This document shows, piece by piece, positions 27,050-40,425 of a stretch of 64,000 nucleotides of DNA; positions within the stretch are counted from its first letter, which is position 1; each line of letters starts with the position of its first letter. Source of the DNA: Octopus sinensis (lineage: Eukaryota). The notes beneath the pieces are model-generated. The model was given only the letters and a program-made list of their open reading frames with translations, had not been told where the DNA came from and did not search any database. The translations under genes were made by a program, and so were the position numbers. The stretch lies in assembly GCF_006345805.1 (NCBI RefSeq), contig NC_043026.1, forward strand, positions 5,890,001-5,954,000, written 5' to 3'.

Positions 27050-27605
27050 GTACTCTTTTACTCTTTTACTTGTTTCAGTCATTTGACTGCGGCCATGCTG
27101 GAGCACCGCCTTTAATCGAGCAACTCGACCCCGGGACTTATTCTTTGTAAGCCCAGTACTTATTCTATCGGTCTCTTTTGCTGAACCGCTAAGTAACGGG
27201 GACGTAAACACACCAGCATCGGTTGTCAAGCAATGCTAGGGTGACAAACACAGACACACAAACGCATACACACACATCATCATCATCATCGTTTAACGTC
27301 CGTTCTCCACGCTAGCATGGGTTGGACGGTTCGACCGGGGATCTGGGAAGCCAGGAGGCTGCTCCAGGCTCCGGTCTTATCTGGCAATGTTTCTACAGCT
27401 GGATGCCCTTCCTAACACACATATATATATATATATACATATATACGACGGGCTTCTTTTCAGTTTCTGTCTACCAAATCCACTCACAAGGCATTGGTCG
27501 GCCCGAAGCTATAGCAGAAGACACTTGCCCAAGGTGCCACGCAGTGGGACTGAACCCGGAACCATGTGGTTGGTTAGCAAGCTACTTACCACACAGCCAC
27601 TCGCC
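27050..27605 (-). mobile_element. SINE family A with an RTE-type tail fragment inserted in its microsatellite linker
   Basis: Tail 27050-27265, RTE-tail insert about 27275-27415, head 27440-27605. Confidence 0.8.
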
Positions 27606-28068
27606 ATTTTTCACGCAAATCCACGCAGCGTTTGGCAGTGAACCTCAAGACAAGAAAGAATACAACGATCGCCCATGTCCAATTTATATTATAGACAAGT
27701 GAGACCATAGCCCATGGCCTTTGCCAGCAGGTGTAACTGGCCCACTTATGAGTACCCCTCATTCATTGGACAATGAACTTTGCTTGCGAAGACCCATCGA
27801 GGCAAGTGTAAACAAATCAAAATCGCAGACGTGGCCGATACAGTAATGCCTGATTGGCACTCATGCCAGTGGAACGTTAGAAGCATATCCGAGCGTGATC
27901 GTTGCCAGGGCCATGGATTGGATCCCATGCTGGTGACACAAGAAAAGCACCATTCAAGCATTTGAGCATGGTCGTTGCCAGTGCCGCCAGACTGGCCCTC
28001 ATGCAGGTGGCACATAAAAACATTTTGAGCATACATACAAACAGCAAAACCACACACACAAACCATCA

Positions 28069-28740
<672 letters not shown>

Positions 28741-28744
28741 TTAG

Positions 28745-29335
28745 TCGCAGGAGTTGGTTGTGTGGTAAGTAGCTTGCTAACCAACCACATGGTTCCGGGT
28801 TCATTCACACTGCGTGGCACCTTGGGCAAGTGTCTACTATTATAGCCTCGGGCCAACCAAATCCTTGTCTTTGGATTTGGTAGACGGAAACTGAAAGAAG
28901 CCCGTCGTATACATGTGTATATATGTATATATGTGTATGTGTGTGTGTATATGTTTGTGTGTCTGTGTTTGTCCCCCTAGCATTGCTTGACAACCGATGC
29001 TGGTGTGTTTATGTCCCCGTCACTTAACGGTTCAGCAAAAGAGACCAATAGAAGTACTGGGCTTACAAAGAATAAGTCCCGGGGTCGATTTGCTCGACTA
29101 AAGGTGGTGCTCCAGCATGGCCGCAGTCAAATGACTGAAACAAATAAAAGAAAAGAAAAGAAAGAAAGGTTTAGTCGCAGGAGTGGCTGTGTGGTAAGTA
29201 GCTTGCTTACCAACCACATGGTTCCGGGTTCATTCACACTGCGAGGCACCTTGGGCAAGTGTCTACTATTATAGCCTCGGGCCAACCAAATCCTTGTGTG
29301 TGGATTTGGTAGACGGAAAGTGAAAGAAGCCCTTC
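28745..29335 (+). mobile_element. SINE family A full copy plus an adjacent duplicated head
   Basis: Both heads are preceded by the same aggtttagtcgcaggag flank (about 28737 and 29167). Confidence 0.8.
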
Positions 29336-30124
29336 ACCAGATGGCTGCACTAGGCTCCAATCTTGATCTGGCAGAGTTTCTACAGCTGGATGCCCTTCCT
29401 AACGTCAACCACTCAGAGAGTGTAGAGGGTGCTTTTTACATGCCACCAGCATGGGGGCCAGTCAGGCCGTACTGGCAACGGCCTCGCTCGAATCTTTTTG
29501 CACATGCCACTGGCACGGGTGCCAGTAAGGCGATGCTGGTAACGATCACGTCCGAATGGCGCCCTTTTACGTGCCACCGGCACGGAAGCCAGTTGGCTGC
29601 TCTGGCAACGATCCCGCTCGGATGGTGCTCTTGGCACCCTACCAGCACGGGGCTCGAGTGCCAGTAAGGGGACAATGAAGAAGGAAAAGGATTAGGAGTA
29701 GGTGGAGGCGGTAGTAGCAGACGCTTGCCTTTATTAAGCAATATCAAGCAGTCATCTTGGCAAAGACATACAGGAGTTATTTCCCTTGCATCGCTGAATC
29801 ATTCACTTGTGGGGGGGGGGGGCGAACAACCCCACTTCTGTTTTTCACACAGTAAGAGAGACCTGCTTCCCAATCGCACCGTCCCAAGTTCAATTCTACT
29901 GTGGGGAAGATTTGGCCAAATAAGAGATAATGCAGGATTCGTACATTGTTTCAACTCTGACAGGAATGACGGGGCAAAGTTGACCTCGGGCGGGATTTGA
30001 ACTCAGAACATTGGCCATGTCGAAAAGTCAGTCACACAGGGGGCTACAGATGCCCCTTCCTGCTAATCAATCCCTAACAAAAGCAAAGAGAAATAAAAAA
30101 AAAACCAAAAAAAAAGCCAACCAA

Positions 30125-30495
30125 AGCAGGAGTGGCTGTGTGGTAAGTAGCTTGCCAACCAACCACATGGTTCTGGGTTCAGTCCCACTGCATGGCACCT
30201 TGGGCAAGTGTCTTCTACTATAGCCTCGGGCCGACCAAAGCCTTGTGAGTGGATTTGGTAGACGGAAACTGAAAGAAGCCTGTCGTATATATGTATATAT
30301 ATGTATGTGCATTGTTTGACAACCGATGCTGGTGTGTTTACGTCCCCGTCACTTAGCGGTTCGGCAAAAGAGACCGATAGAATAAGTACTGGGCTAACAA
30401 AAGAATAAGTCCCGGGGTCGAGTTGCTCGATTAAAGGCGGTGCTCCAGCATGGCCGCAGTCAAATGACTGAAACAAGTAAAAGAGAGAAAAGAGT
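30125..30495 (+). mobile_element. SINE family A, composite
   Basis: Matches the family consensus. Confidence 0.8.
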
Positions 30496-30680
30496 AAAGC
30501 CTTGTGAAAGGATTTGGTACGCAGAAACTGAAAGAAGCCCGTCGCATATTATCTGAGGGGCATGGCTGTGCAGCAAGGAGGTTCCCGACCAAATGGTTTT
30601 TGGTTCAGCCCCGAGGTGCCACGCAATACCAATAAACGGACAGACCGACAGACAGACAAATACGTAACGAGCAGACTTAC

Positions 30681-30713
30681 CTATAGGGGGACTTGGAGAC
30701 AAATCAACGCCAT
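30681..30713 (-). CDS. Smad2/3: Smad2/3 linker microexon (33 nt): DGVDLSPSPPI
   Basis: Acceptor ttcctacag, donor GTAAGT, phase 1-1. Joins the PY exon to DAQPV in frame and carries SP proline-directed kinase sites. Confidence 0.88.
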   Translation of the reverse strand: MALICLQVPL

Positions 30714-31517
30714 CTGTAGGAAAAAGGAAGAAACAGTTTGTGAGCATGTAATAACAAAGACCGGATTGGATGAATACGTGATGTTAAAGTATTGCTGGGG
30801 TCAGTTTTCATGTATTGGAGGTCAATGGAAGAGAGAACCAACCAAGCACTGAAGGTTGCCTCAATCAGCTATAACCCCCCCGCCACCTTCGAAATGTGTG
30901 GCCCCTTGGGTCAGAGGGAAAAAAATCTGTGATAGAATGCAAAGAGATGTCAAAGCATCTGAAAGGAAATCTCTTTCAAATTTTAGTTCCGGATCTTTCT
31001 CTGTTCTTTTAAGTTTTGCTCCCATAAATTCTAAAACGAAATTTAGGATTTACGGAGCATCGAAGTTGGGAACAAAAACAGCACAGTGGAGACACACAGG
31101 GAAACCAAACGAAAACAAGCATGGAGGGTTGTTAGGCCAGAACGAGAGGAAAATAGTGAACACTGGGAGAAACGTTTTCTTTGAAAAGATAAAAGATAGA
31201 AATATATATATATATATATGTGGAGGCGCAATGGCCCAGTAATTAGGGTAGCGGACTCGCGGTCATAGGATCGCGGTTTCGATTCCCAGACCGGGCGTTG
31301 TGAGTGTTTATTGAGCGAAAACACCTAAAAGCTCCACAGGGCTCTGGCAGGGGGTGGTGGCGATCCCTGCTGTACTCTTTCGCCACTCTTTCTTCTGTTG
31401 GCCTGCTCGCTTAGCCAGTGGGGTGGCGTCATTCGAAGGCTAAAACAATGCGAAGCGCATTGTGACCAGCAATGTGTAACTACATCTGATGGACTGGTCG
31501 GTCATGTGATGATGGTG

Positions 31518-31559
<42 letters not shown>

Positions 31560-31750
31560 TACATACATATATATATGCATACATACATATATATATGCAT
31601 ACATACATATATACATGCATACATACATACATATATATATATGCATACATACATACATACATATATATATATACATACATACATACATATATACATATGC
31701 ATACATACATACATACATATATATGCATACATACATATATACATGCATAC

Positions 31751-31786
<36 letters not shown>

Positions 31787-33107
31787 GCATACATACATAT
31801 ATATATATGCATACATACATATATATATATGCATACATACATATATATATATGCATACATACATATATATATATATGCATACATACATATATATATATAT
31901 GCATACATACACACAGAAACATATATGTGCACACACACAACAAGCTTCCACACTGTCTCCATCTACGAAATCTAGTCAACAGGATTAAGTCAACCTAGGG
32001 CTACATACACAGAGTAATAGCAGCAAGATAGGTGGAGAATGAAACAGTTCTGATAATTGGTTGTTTAGTATCACAGTCTACAAAACTCTTTCTGTCTCCC
32101 CCACCTCTCCCCCCTCCCTTCTCTCTGTCTCTGTCTACCTATCTTACTCTGTCTCTCAGTCAGCCTGTATGACACTCTATCTTTCTGATTACTTCTCTCT
32201 CTCTCACTGTAAGTCTCTCTCTCTATCTAAGTCAACAGCCCCCTCTCTTTCTTTCTCTCTCTCTATCTAAGTCAACAGCCCCCTCTCTTTCTCTCTCTCT
32301 CTCTCTCAGTCAACAGCCCCCTCTCTTTCTCTCTCTCTCTCTCTCTCACTGTAAGTCTCTCTCTCTATCTAAGTCAACAGCCCCCTCTCTTTCTCTCTCT
32401 CTCTCTCTCTGCATTAGTCTTTATACTTATCTCCATGTGTCTACTTATCAAACCATCTTTCTTTCTCTCCCACTCTTTCTTAGCCCAGCTGCCTCTCTCT
32501 CTCTCGGCTTACCCATCTCTCTCACTCCCCTCTCTCTTTTGGCCTATTGATCTCTCTCTCCCTCCCTCCCTCCCTCATACGGTTCTCTTGCCCTATCTGT
32601 TTCTCTCTCTCCTCCCACCTCTCTCTCTCCCACCCATCCTTCTCTTGCTTTATCTGTATCTCTCTCTCTCTTTTGGCCTACCCATCTCTCTCTCACTCCC
32701 TCTTGCCCTATCTGTTTCTCTCTCCTCCTCCCATCTCTCTCTCTCTCTCTCCCACCCATCCTTCTCTTACTTTATCTGTTTTTCTCTCTCTCTCTCTCTC
32801 TACATTATTTTATCAAAATAAGCCCCTGATCATCTATCCATCCATCCATCTCTCTCTCTCTCTCTCTTTCTCTCCCTCTCTCTCTCTTTCTCTCCCTCTC
32901 TCTCTCTTTCCACCCCCACACCCCAACCAACCAACCAACATACCAATCTTGCCGCTGGTCAACCTAACCAGCCATTCCTCTACCAAAACAGTCGGTATCA
33001 GCTGGATTGCTCGTTTAGCAGGCAATTAAGACATTCTGCAGACGATCGCACCTGCCCACCACCGAACAATATTTTTCAGTCTTCACAATGTTATGGCGTC
33101 TGTGAGT

Positions 33108-34200
33108 TTAACCATTTACCATTTTACATGCCTGTATTATGCCCACAAATAGTCTACCTGTTTTATGTCCAAACTGGCCAGATCCAGCCTCTTACACCTA
33201 CCCTACAATGTCATTCTAAGAAATAAACAATCAAATCATTGGAATCTCAAAGCTGTGAGATAATCAAGGATTAATGCAAAACAATGTGAATAAACAAGGG
33301 TTACATTTGACAGAGGGATCTGAATGCTAAAGGGTTAAAATAAGGACCACAGGGACCAGTGAAGGAACTTCTATTTAGTCACTTGACCTTACACAATGTA
33401 ACAGCCAAATCTCCCCTCAGCAAACTCCCTGTTCTCTTTAACCCCTTCAGCATTTAAACTAGCCAAACCTAGATGAAATATTCTATTTGTTTTGTGTTCA
33501 AACTGACCTGATCCGACCTCTCACACCTACCCTACAATGTCATTCTGAAAATAAAGTCAAATCATTGAAATCTCAAAGCCGTGAGATAATGTCAGGATTA
33601 ATTCAGAGCAATGTCAATAAATAAGCATTGCATTTGGCAGGGGTCATCTGAAGGCTTAAGGGTTAAAATAGGGACCGTAGGAACCAGTGGACCTTACACA
33701 ATGTAACAGCTAAATCTTCCCTCAACAAAAACCCTATTCTCTTTAACCAGCCATATCCAACCCAAACCTGGTTTCATGTTCAAGCAAGCCATGTCCAGCC
33801 TTTCACACCTACTCTACAATGTCATTCAAAAACATAAACAATCACATCATGGTAATCTCAAAGCTGTGAGATAATCCAGGATTAATTAAAAGCAATGTGA
33901 ATAAATAAGCATTGCATTGGACAGGGTAACCTGAATGCTAAAGGGTTAAAAATAGGGACCACATGAACCGGTGAGGGAGCTTCTGTTTAGTCACATGACC
34001 TTACACAATGTAATAGGCAAATCTACCCTCAACAAACTCCCTACTCTTTTTAACCCTTTAACATGTAAAACAGCCACGTGTGGCCCAGATATTCCCCTTG
34101 TTTTGTATTGAAGCCGGCCACCTCTGGCCTTTCACACCTACCCAACAATGTCATTTTAAGAATATACAATCACATCATTGAAATCTCAAAGCTAAGGATT
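33108..34200. mobile_element. Tandem array of TTAA-flanked piggyBac-like MITEs (about 305-bp period, 3.5 units)
   Basis: Ends ttaaccc(c)ttcagca / tgctaaagggttaa; shared body cacacctaccctacaatgtcattc...gaaatctcaaagc. Solo fragments at 39420-39800. Confidence 0.7.
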
Positions 34201-34379
34201 CGTACATTGTTTCAACTCTGACAGCAAAGTTGACCTCAGCAGGATTTGAACTCAGACATTGGCCATGTCGAAAAGTCAGTCACAGAGGGCGCTACAAATG
34301 CCCCTTCCTGCTAATCAATCCCTAACAAAAGCAAACACAAAAACAAAAAACAAAAAAAGAAAACATAAACGAACAACAA

Positions 34380-35258
34380 CTCACTCTCACTCAACACTCC
34401 CTCAGTCTCACTCACTCAATACTCCCTCAGTTTCACTCTCAACATTCCCTCAGTCTCACTTTCACTCAACACTCCCTCAGTCTCACTCTCACTCAATACT
34501 CCCTCAGTTTCACTCTCACTCAACACTCCCTCAGTCTCACTCTCAACATTCCCTCAGTCTCACTCTCAACATTCCCTCAGTCTCACTCTCACTCAACACT
34601 CCCTCAGTCTCACTCTCACTCAACACTCCCTCAGTCTCACTCTCACTCAACACTCCCTCAGTCTCACTCTCACTCAACACTCCCTCAGTCTCACTCTCAC
34701 TCAATACTCCCTCAGTCTCTCTCACTCAATACTCCCTCAGTCTCACTCTCATTCAATACTCCCTCAGTTTCACTCTCAACACTCCCTCAGTCTCACTCTC
34801 AACATTCCCTCAGTCTCACTCTCAACATTCCCTCAGTCTCACTCTCACTCAACACTCCCTCAGTCTCACTCTCACTCAACACTCCCTCAGTCTCACTCTC
34901 ACTCAGTCTCACTCTCACTCAATACTCCCTCAGTCTCACTCTCACTCTCACTCATACTCCCTCAGTCTCACTCTCACTCAACACTCCCTCAGTCTCACTC
35001 TCACTCAACACTCCCTCAGTCTCACTCTTACTCAACACTCCCTCAGTCTCACTCTCACTCAATACTCCCTCAGTCTCACTCAATACTCCCTCAGTCTCAC
35101 TCTCACTCAACACTCCCTCAGTCTCACTCTCACTCAACACTCCCTCAGTCTCACTCTCACTCAGTCTCACTCTCACTCAACACTCCCTCAGTCTCACTCT
35201 CACTCAACACTCCCTCAGTCTCACTCTCACTCAACACTCTCAGTCTCACTCTCACTCA
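34380..35258. repeat. Minisatellite, main unit 27 bp (cactccctcagtctcactctcactcaa), about 33 units
   Basis: Direct reading; it explains the spurious TLPQSHSHS and SESETEGVL ORFs. Confidence 0.97.
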
Positions 35259-35283
35259 TCCGAGTGTTACAGGTCGTACTTAC

Positions 35284-35343
35284 CCATTCCTTGGTTGTCT
35301 GTAGTGTCACCATCCTCACTAATATAGCCCGGAGGTGGAGTTT
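35284..35343 (-). CDS. Smad2/3: Smad2/3 PY-motif exon (60 nt): ETPPPGYISEDGDTTDNQGM
   Basis: TPPPGYxSEDG is the Smad2/3 PPxY motif bound by Smurf/Nedd4-family WW domains. Acceptor ctactttcag, donor GTAAGT, phase 1-1. Confidence 0.97.
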
Positions 35344-35639
35344 CTGAAAGTAGAAGAAAGAAACAAAGGAAATGTTAACCCTTTTTCTTACCAACCTGGC
35401 CGCAGAGGGCTGAAAAAATTCTGTACCAGTGCTCCCCAACTGGCCCCGTGCCGGTGGTGTGCAAAAACCACCCACTGCACTCTCAGAGTGGTTGGCATTA
35501 GGAAGGGCATCCAGCTGTAGAAACCTTGCCAGATCAGATTGGAGCCTGGTGCAGCCTCCTGGCTTCCCAGTCCTCAGTCAAACCACCCTAGCCCTAACCC
35601 ATGAGTGGCTCTCATGGTTTCTCATCTTTTCTACTCTAG

Positions 35640-36650
35640 ACACAAAGCCCGAAATTTGGTGGGAGAGGACCAGTCGATTCAACTGACCCCAGTATGCAAC
35701 TGGTACTTAATTTATCGGCCCCAAAGGGATGAAATGTAAAGTCGACCTTGGCGGAAATTGAACTCAGAACATAAAGACATGTGAAATACCGCTGAGCATT
35801 TCACCTGGCATGCTAACGATTCTGCCAGCTCACCACCTTATGATGATAATAATAATAATTTGTTTCTTTATTACCCACAAGGGGCTAAACACAGAGGAGA
35901 CAAACAAGGACAGACAAACAGATTAAGTCGATTACATCGACCCCAGTGTGTAACTAGTACTTAATTTATCAACCCCGAAAGGATGAAAGGCAAAGTCGAC
36001 CTCGGCGGAATTTGAACTCAGAACGTAAAGACAGATGAAACAACCTATTTCTTTACTACCCACAAGGGGCTAAACACAGAGGAGACAAACAAGGACAGAT
36101 AAACGGATTAAGTCGATTACATCGACCCCAGTGTGTAACTGGTACTTAATTTATCGACCCTGAAAGGATGAAAGGCAAAGTCGACCTCGGCAGAATTTGA
36201 ACTCAGAACGTAAAGACAGATGAAACAACCTATTTCTTTACTACCCACAAGGGGCTAAACACAGAGGAGACAAACAAGGACAGATAAACGGATTAAGTCG
36301 ATTACATCGACCCCAGTGTGTAACTGGTACTTAATTTATCGACCCTGAAAGGATGAAAGGCAAAGTCGACCTCGGCAGAATTTGAACTCAGAACGTAAAG
36401 ACAGACGAAACAACCTATTTCTTTACTACCCACAAGGGGCTAAACACAGAGGAGACAAACAAGGACAGACAAAGGGATTAAGTCGATTACATCGACCCCA
36501 GTGCGTAACTGGTACTTAATTTATCGACCCCCGAAAGGATGAAAGGCAAAGTCGACCTCGGCGGAATTTGAACTCGGAACATAACGACAGACGAAATACA
36601 GCTATGCATTTCGCCCGACGTGCTAACGTTTCTGCCAGCTCACTGCCTTT
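35640..36650 (-). mobile_element. SINE family B multimer (about 185-bp head-to-tail units)
   Basis: ggatgaaaggcaaagtcgac recurs at about 35981, 36166, 36351, 36537. Each unit has a B-box-like gagttcaaattc(c/t). Other multimers at 8780-9245 and 25867-26285. Confidence 0.85.
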
Positions 36651-37074
36651 ATAATAATAATAATAATTAATTCTTTTTATTGGCCACAAGGGCTGACAAA
36701 CATGATTGGAAAACATAAAGGGACAAAACAGGACGAAAGGTTACAAAGGGGTTTTGTCCGTTTTTGAAAAAATCCGAGTAAAAACTGTTTAACAACAAAA
36801 TATTTAACAATGAAAAACTCCCAATAGGGGGAGGCGCTTCGAAAGGTTCCTGGTGGAAAAAACCCATAAAAGCCAACGGGAGCCTGGTCAAAAGGTGGGT
36901 AGAGAGCCCCTTTCTCCTTTTATAAAACCTTTTTCCATGACAGGCGAAACCTGAGAATTGGTCCATTTATACTGGCCATTCTTGCACAATTCACCCATAA
37001 TAATGCTAGCATGGAAAGCAGACGTTAAACGATGATTAATAATGATAATAATAGAAAGATCAGTGTGCACAAAC

Positions 37075-37218
37075 CTGGTATATTGAATGTATTTTCATCA
37101 ACTCCAGCCGGGAAGTCTGTGTTTGGTACTGTTGTTGCATAGTCAGTCAGTGGCGGGAAGTTCTCCCTGGCGGGAATCTCATTGGGTTGGTGTCGAGGTA
37201 CCAGAACCGGAGGAAGGA
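37075..37218 (-). CDS. Smad2/3: Smad2/3 linker exon (144 nt): [48 protein letters not shown]
   Basis: LPPVLVPR motif typical of the R-Smad MH1/linker junction. Acceptor ttttttcag, donor GTTTGT, phase 1-1, no stops. Confidence 0.95.
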
Positions 37219-37712
37219 CTGAAAAAAGAGAGAGTCGTGGACACGGTGAGAGAATGTGGTGGAGAGGACAAGAATGGAGGTGGTGGTGGTGGTGGTGGTA
37301 GTGGTAGTGGTGTTAGCAGTGGCAGTGGTTGTGGTAGTTTTGGTAGTAGTGCGATGGTGATGGCTGTGTAGTGATGAAAGTGCTGGTGGTGATGGTTGTG
37401 GTGGTGATGATGGTGGTGGTGTTAGAGGCGGTAATGGTTGTGGTGGTAGTAGTCATGATGGTGGTGTGGGTGGTAGTAGTGATGATGGTGGTTGTGGTGG
37501 TGGTGAGAGGACTGGAGAAAGGGAGACAGAGAGAGAGAGAGAGTATGAAGGAGAGTATGATGGAGAGAGAGTATGAAGGAGAGAGAGTATGAAGGAGAGA
37601 GAGTATGAAAGAGAGAGAGTATGAAAGAGAGAGAGTATGAAGGAGAGTATGAAGGAGAGAGAGTATGAAGGAGAGAGAGGAGTGTTTGAGAAAAGAGAAA
37701 GACCACTGATTA

Positions 37713-38009
<297 letters not shown>

Positions 38010-38734
38010 CTAACAAAATAAACTGATTAAAAAAAGATGCAGGACTTGGTTGTGTGGTTGAAAAAAAGTTTGCTGCCTAACCATGTGGGTCCCAGGTTCA
38101 ATCCCACTGTATGGCACACCTTGAGCAAAATCATCATTGTTTAAACATCCACCTTCCGTGCTGGAATGGGTTGGATGGTTTTTACAGAGGTAGTCAGGCA
38201 GAAGTCTGCACCAGAATTCTGTGAGTGCTTGGGGAGGATTTTTACGGTTGGATGCCCTTCCTAACGCCAACCCAGCAGAGTGAACCAGCTAGACTGCACC
38301 AGACTTCTATGACTGTTTTGGCAGGGTTTTTATAGCCATGCTGGAGTACCGCCTTTTTATTTGAAAAAAATCGACCCCAGGACCTATTCCTTGTAAACCT
38401 GGCACTTGTTCCATCAGTCTCTTTTGCTGAACTGCTAAGTTACAGGGACGTAAACACACTGACATCGGTTGTCAAGCGGTGGTGGAGAGACAAACGCAAA
38501 CACACAAATACATACATATATACATATAACTATATATATTATAGTGGGGTAGGCCGGTTTATGAGGTTACCCTAGGTTTCTCACTCATAAGGGGGTTAGC
38601 CTTACAGAGAGTATCTTTAGACCCCCAAATACGGCTGGCCTGAGATCCTTTTTAAATATGGAGGGGGAAAAGCCTCGTTTTTAAGGGTAAAACCCTGGGT
38701 GATTATCTCCCTTTGCCATCGTCATTGATCTGGG

Positions 38735-38773
<39 letters not shown>

Positions 38774-39831
38774 TAAAACATACAATGAGCTTCTGTCAGT
38801 TTCTATCAACCAGATCCACTTGCAAGGATCTGGTCAGCCCGAGGCTATAGTAGAAGACACTTGCCCATGATGCCATGCAGTGGGACTGATCCTGGAACTA
38901 TGTGGTTGGGAAGCAAGCTTCTTACCACACGGGCACTCAGGGAATTTAGTAAAATTCTCATCATCATCATTGTTTAACATTCACGTTTCCATGCCGACAT
39001 GGGTCGGTGATTTTTCTCCAGTTGGGTCACTGCTTTTTCCTTGCAGCCCCCTTTCTGATTTTGCTACAGTCCGTCATATGTTTCTTTGAAAAAAAGGTCT
39101 TCCTCTCCCGGGTCCTGCTGCTTTTGAATTCTCGCCCACGTTTCTCTAACTTTGCATTTTCCTGCCCTTAAAAATAGTTGGTGGTGGGATACTGAGGTAG
39201 GTCCGAAAAAGCAGGGATCCTGGCACCAGCGTAGCTAGAGTGTGCCACCCGGGATGGCCCTTCTGTTTTCCACCCCCAGACCTGAAAAGAACCACCCAGG
39301 CAGACCTCTCCCAGCTACGCTAGTGGATCCTTGTGAGGCCCAGAAGAGCACCCAGAGTGAAGAAAAGGGGAGATAAGTCGTCAATGGTTTATGTCTTGTA
39401 AGGAGCAAAGAGGATCATTAATTGCAAACAATGTGAATAAAAAACGTATTACGTTTGACAGATTAATCTGATTGCTAAAGGGCTGAATACTTCAGATCTG
39501 CTTTGAACAAGGACAGCAGCCCAATGAAAGGGATAAACGCAAGACCGGGCGTATAGCATCACCTGACACTTTTAGTTGAATGTCATGGAAAAACAGTTCA
39601 AAATATTTTTTATTTTAAACATTTAACATTTAAACTGGCCACATTGGACTCAAATATTCTATCTGTTTTATATTCAAACCAACCAGATCTCACCTCTCAC
39701 ACCTACCCTACAATGTCATTCTGCAAATAAACAGTCACATCGTTGAAATCTCAAAGCCATGAGATAATTCAGGATTAATTCAAAATAACATGGATAAATA
39801 AGGATTACATTTGGGGTGATAATCATCATCA

Positions 39832-40425
39832 TCATCATCATCGTCGTCGTTTAGCGTCCGCTTTCCATGCTAGCATGGGTTGGACGGTTCAACTGGGGTC
39901 TGGGGAGTCCGAAGGCAGCACCAGGCCAGTCAGATCTGGCAGAGTTTCTACAGCTGGATGCCCTTCCTAACGCCAACCACTCCGTGAGTGTAGTGGGTGC
40001 TTTTTATGTGCCACCGACACAGGTGCCAGACGAGGCTGGCGAACGGCCACGCTTGGATGGTGTTTTTTACGTGCCACCGACACAGGTGCCAGACGAGGCT
40101 GGCGAACGGCCACGCTCGGATGGTGTTTTTTATGTGCCACCGACACAGGTGCCAGACGAGGCTGGCGAATGGCCAGGCTCGGATGGTGTTTTTTATGTGC
40201 CACCGACACAGGTGCCAGACGAGGCTGGCGAACGGCCACGCTCGGATGGTGTTTTTTATGTGCCATCGACACAGGTGCCAGACGAGGCTGGCGAACGGCC
40301 ACGCTCGGATGGTGTTTTTTATGTGCCATCGACACAGGTGCCAGACGAGGCCACGCTCGGATGGTGTTTTTTATGTGCCACCGACACAGGTGCCAGACGA
40401 GGCTGGCACGGCCACGATCGGATGC
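39832..40425 (-). mobile_element. RTE-type 3' UTR/tail element with an expanded 63-bp internal tandem repeat
   Basis: (cat)n at the left end and the shared ctggatgcccttcctaacgccaacc motif. About 6.5 units of 63 bp at 39998-40410. Confidence 0.75.

Noticed and set aside
34259-35347. 362-aa plus-strand ORF of TLPQSHSHS repeats
   Set aside because: It is the stop-free translation of the 27-bp minisatellite, antisense to a Smad intron.
39998-40410. 63-bp repeat giving 21-aa periodic ORFs
   Set aside because: It is an internal tandem expansion of an RTE-type 3' UTR found in several dispersed copies; there is no evidence it is coding.
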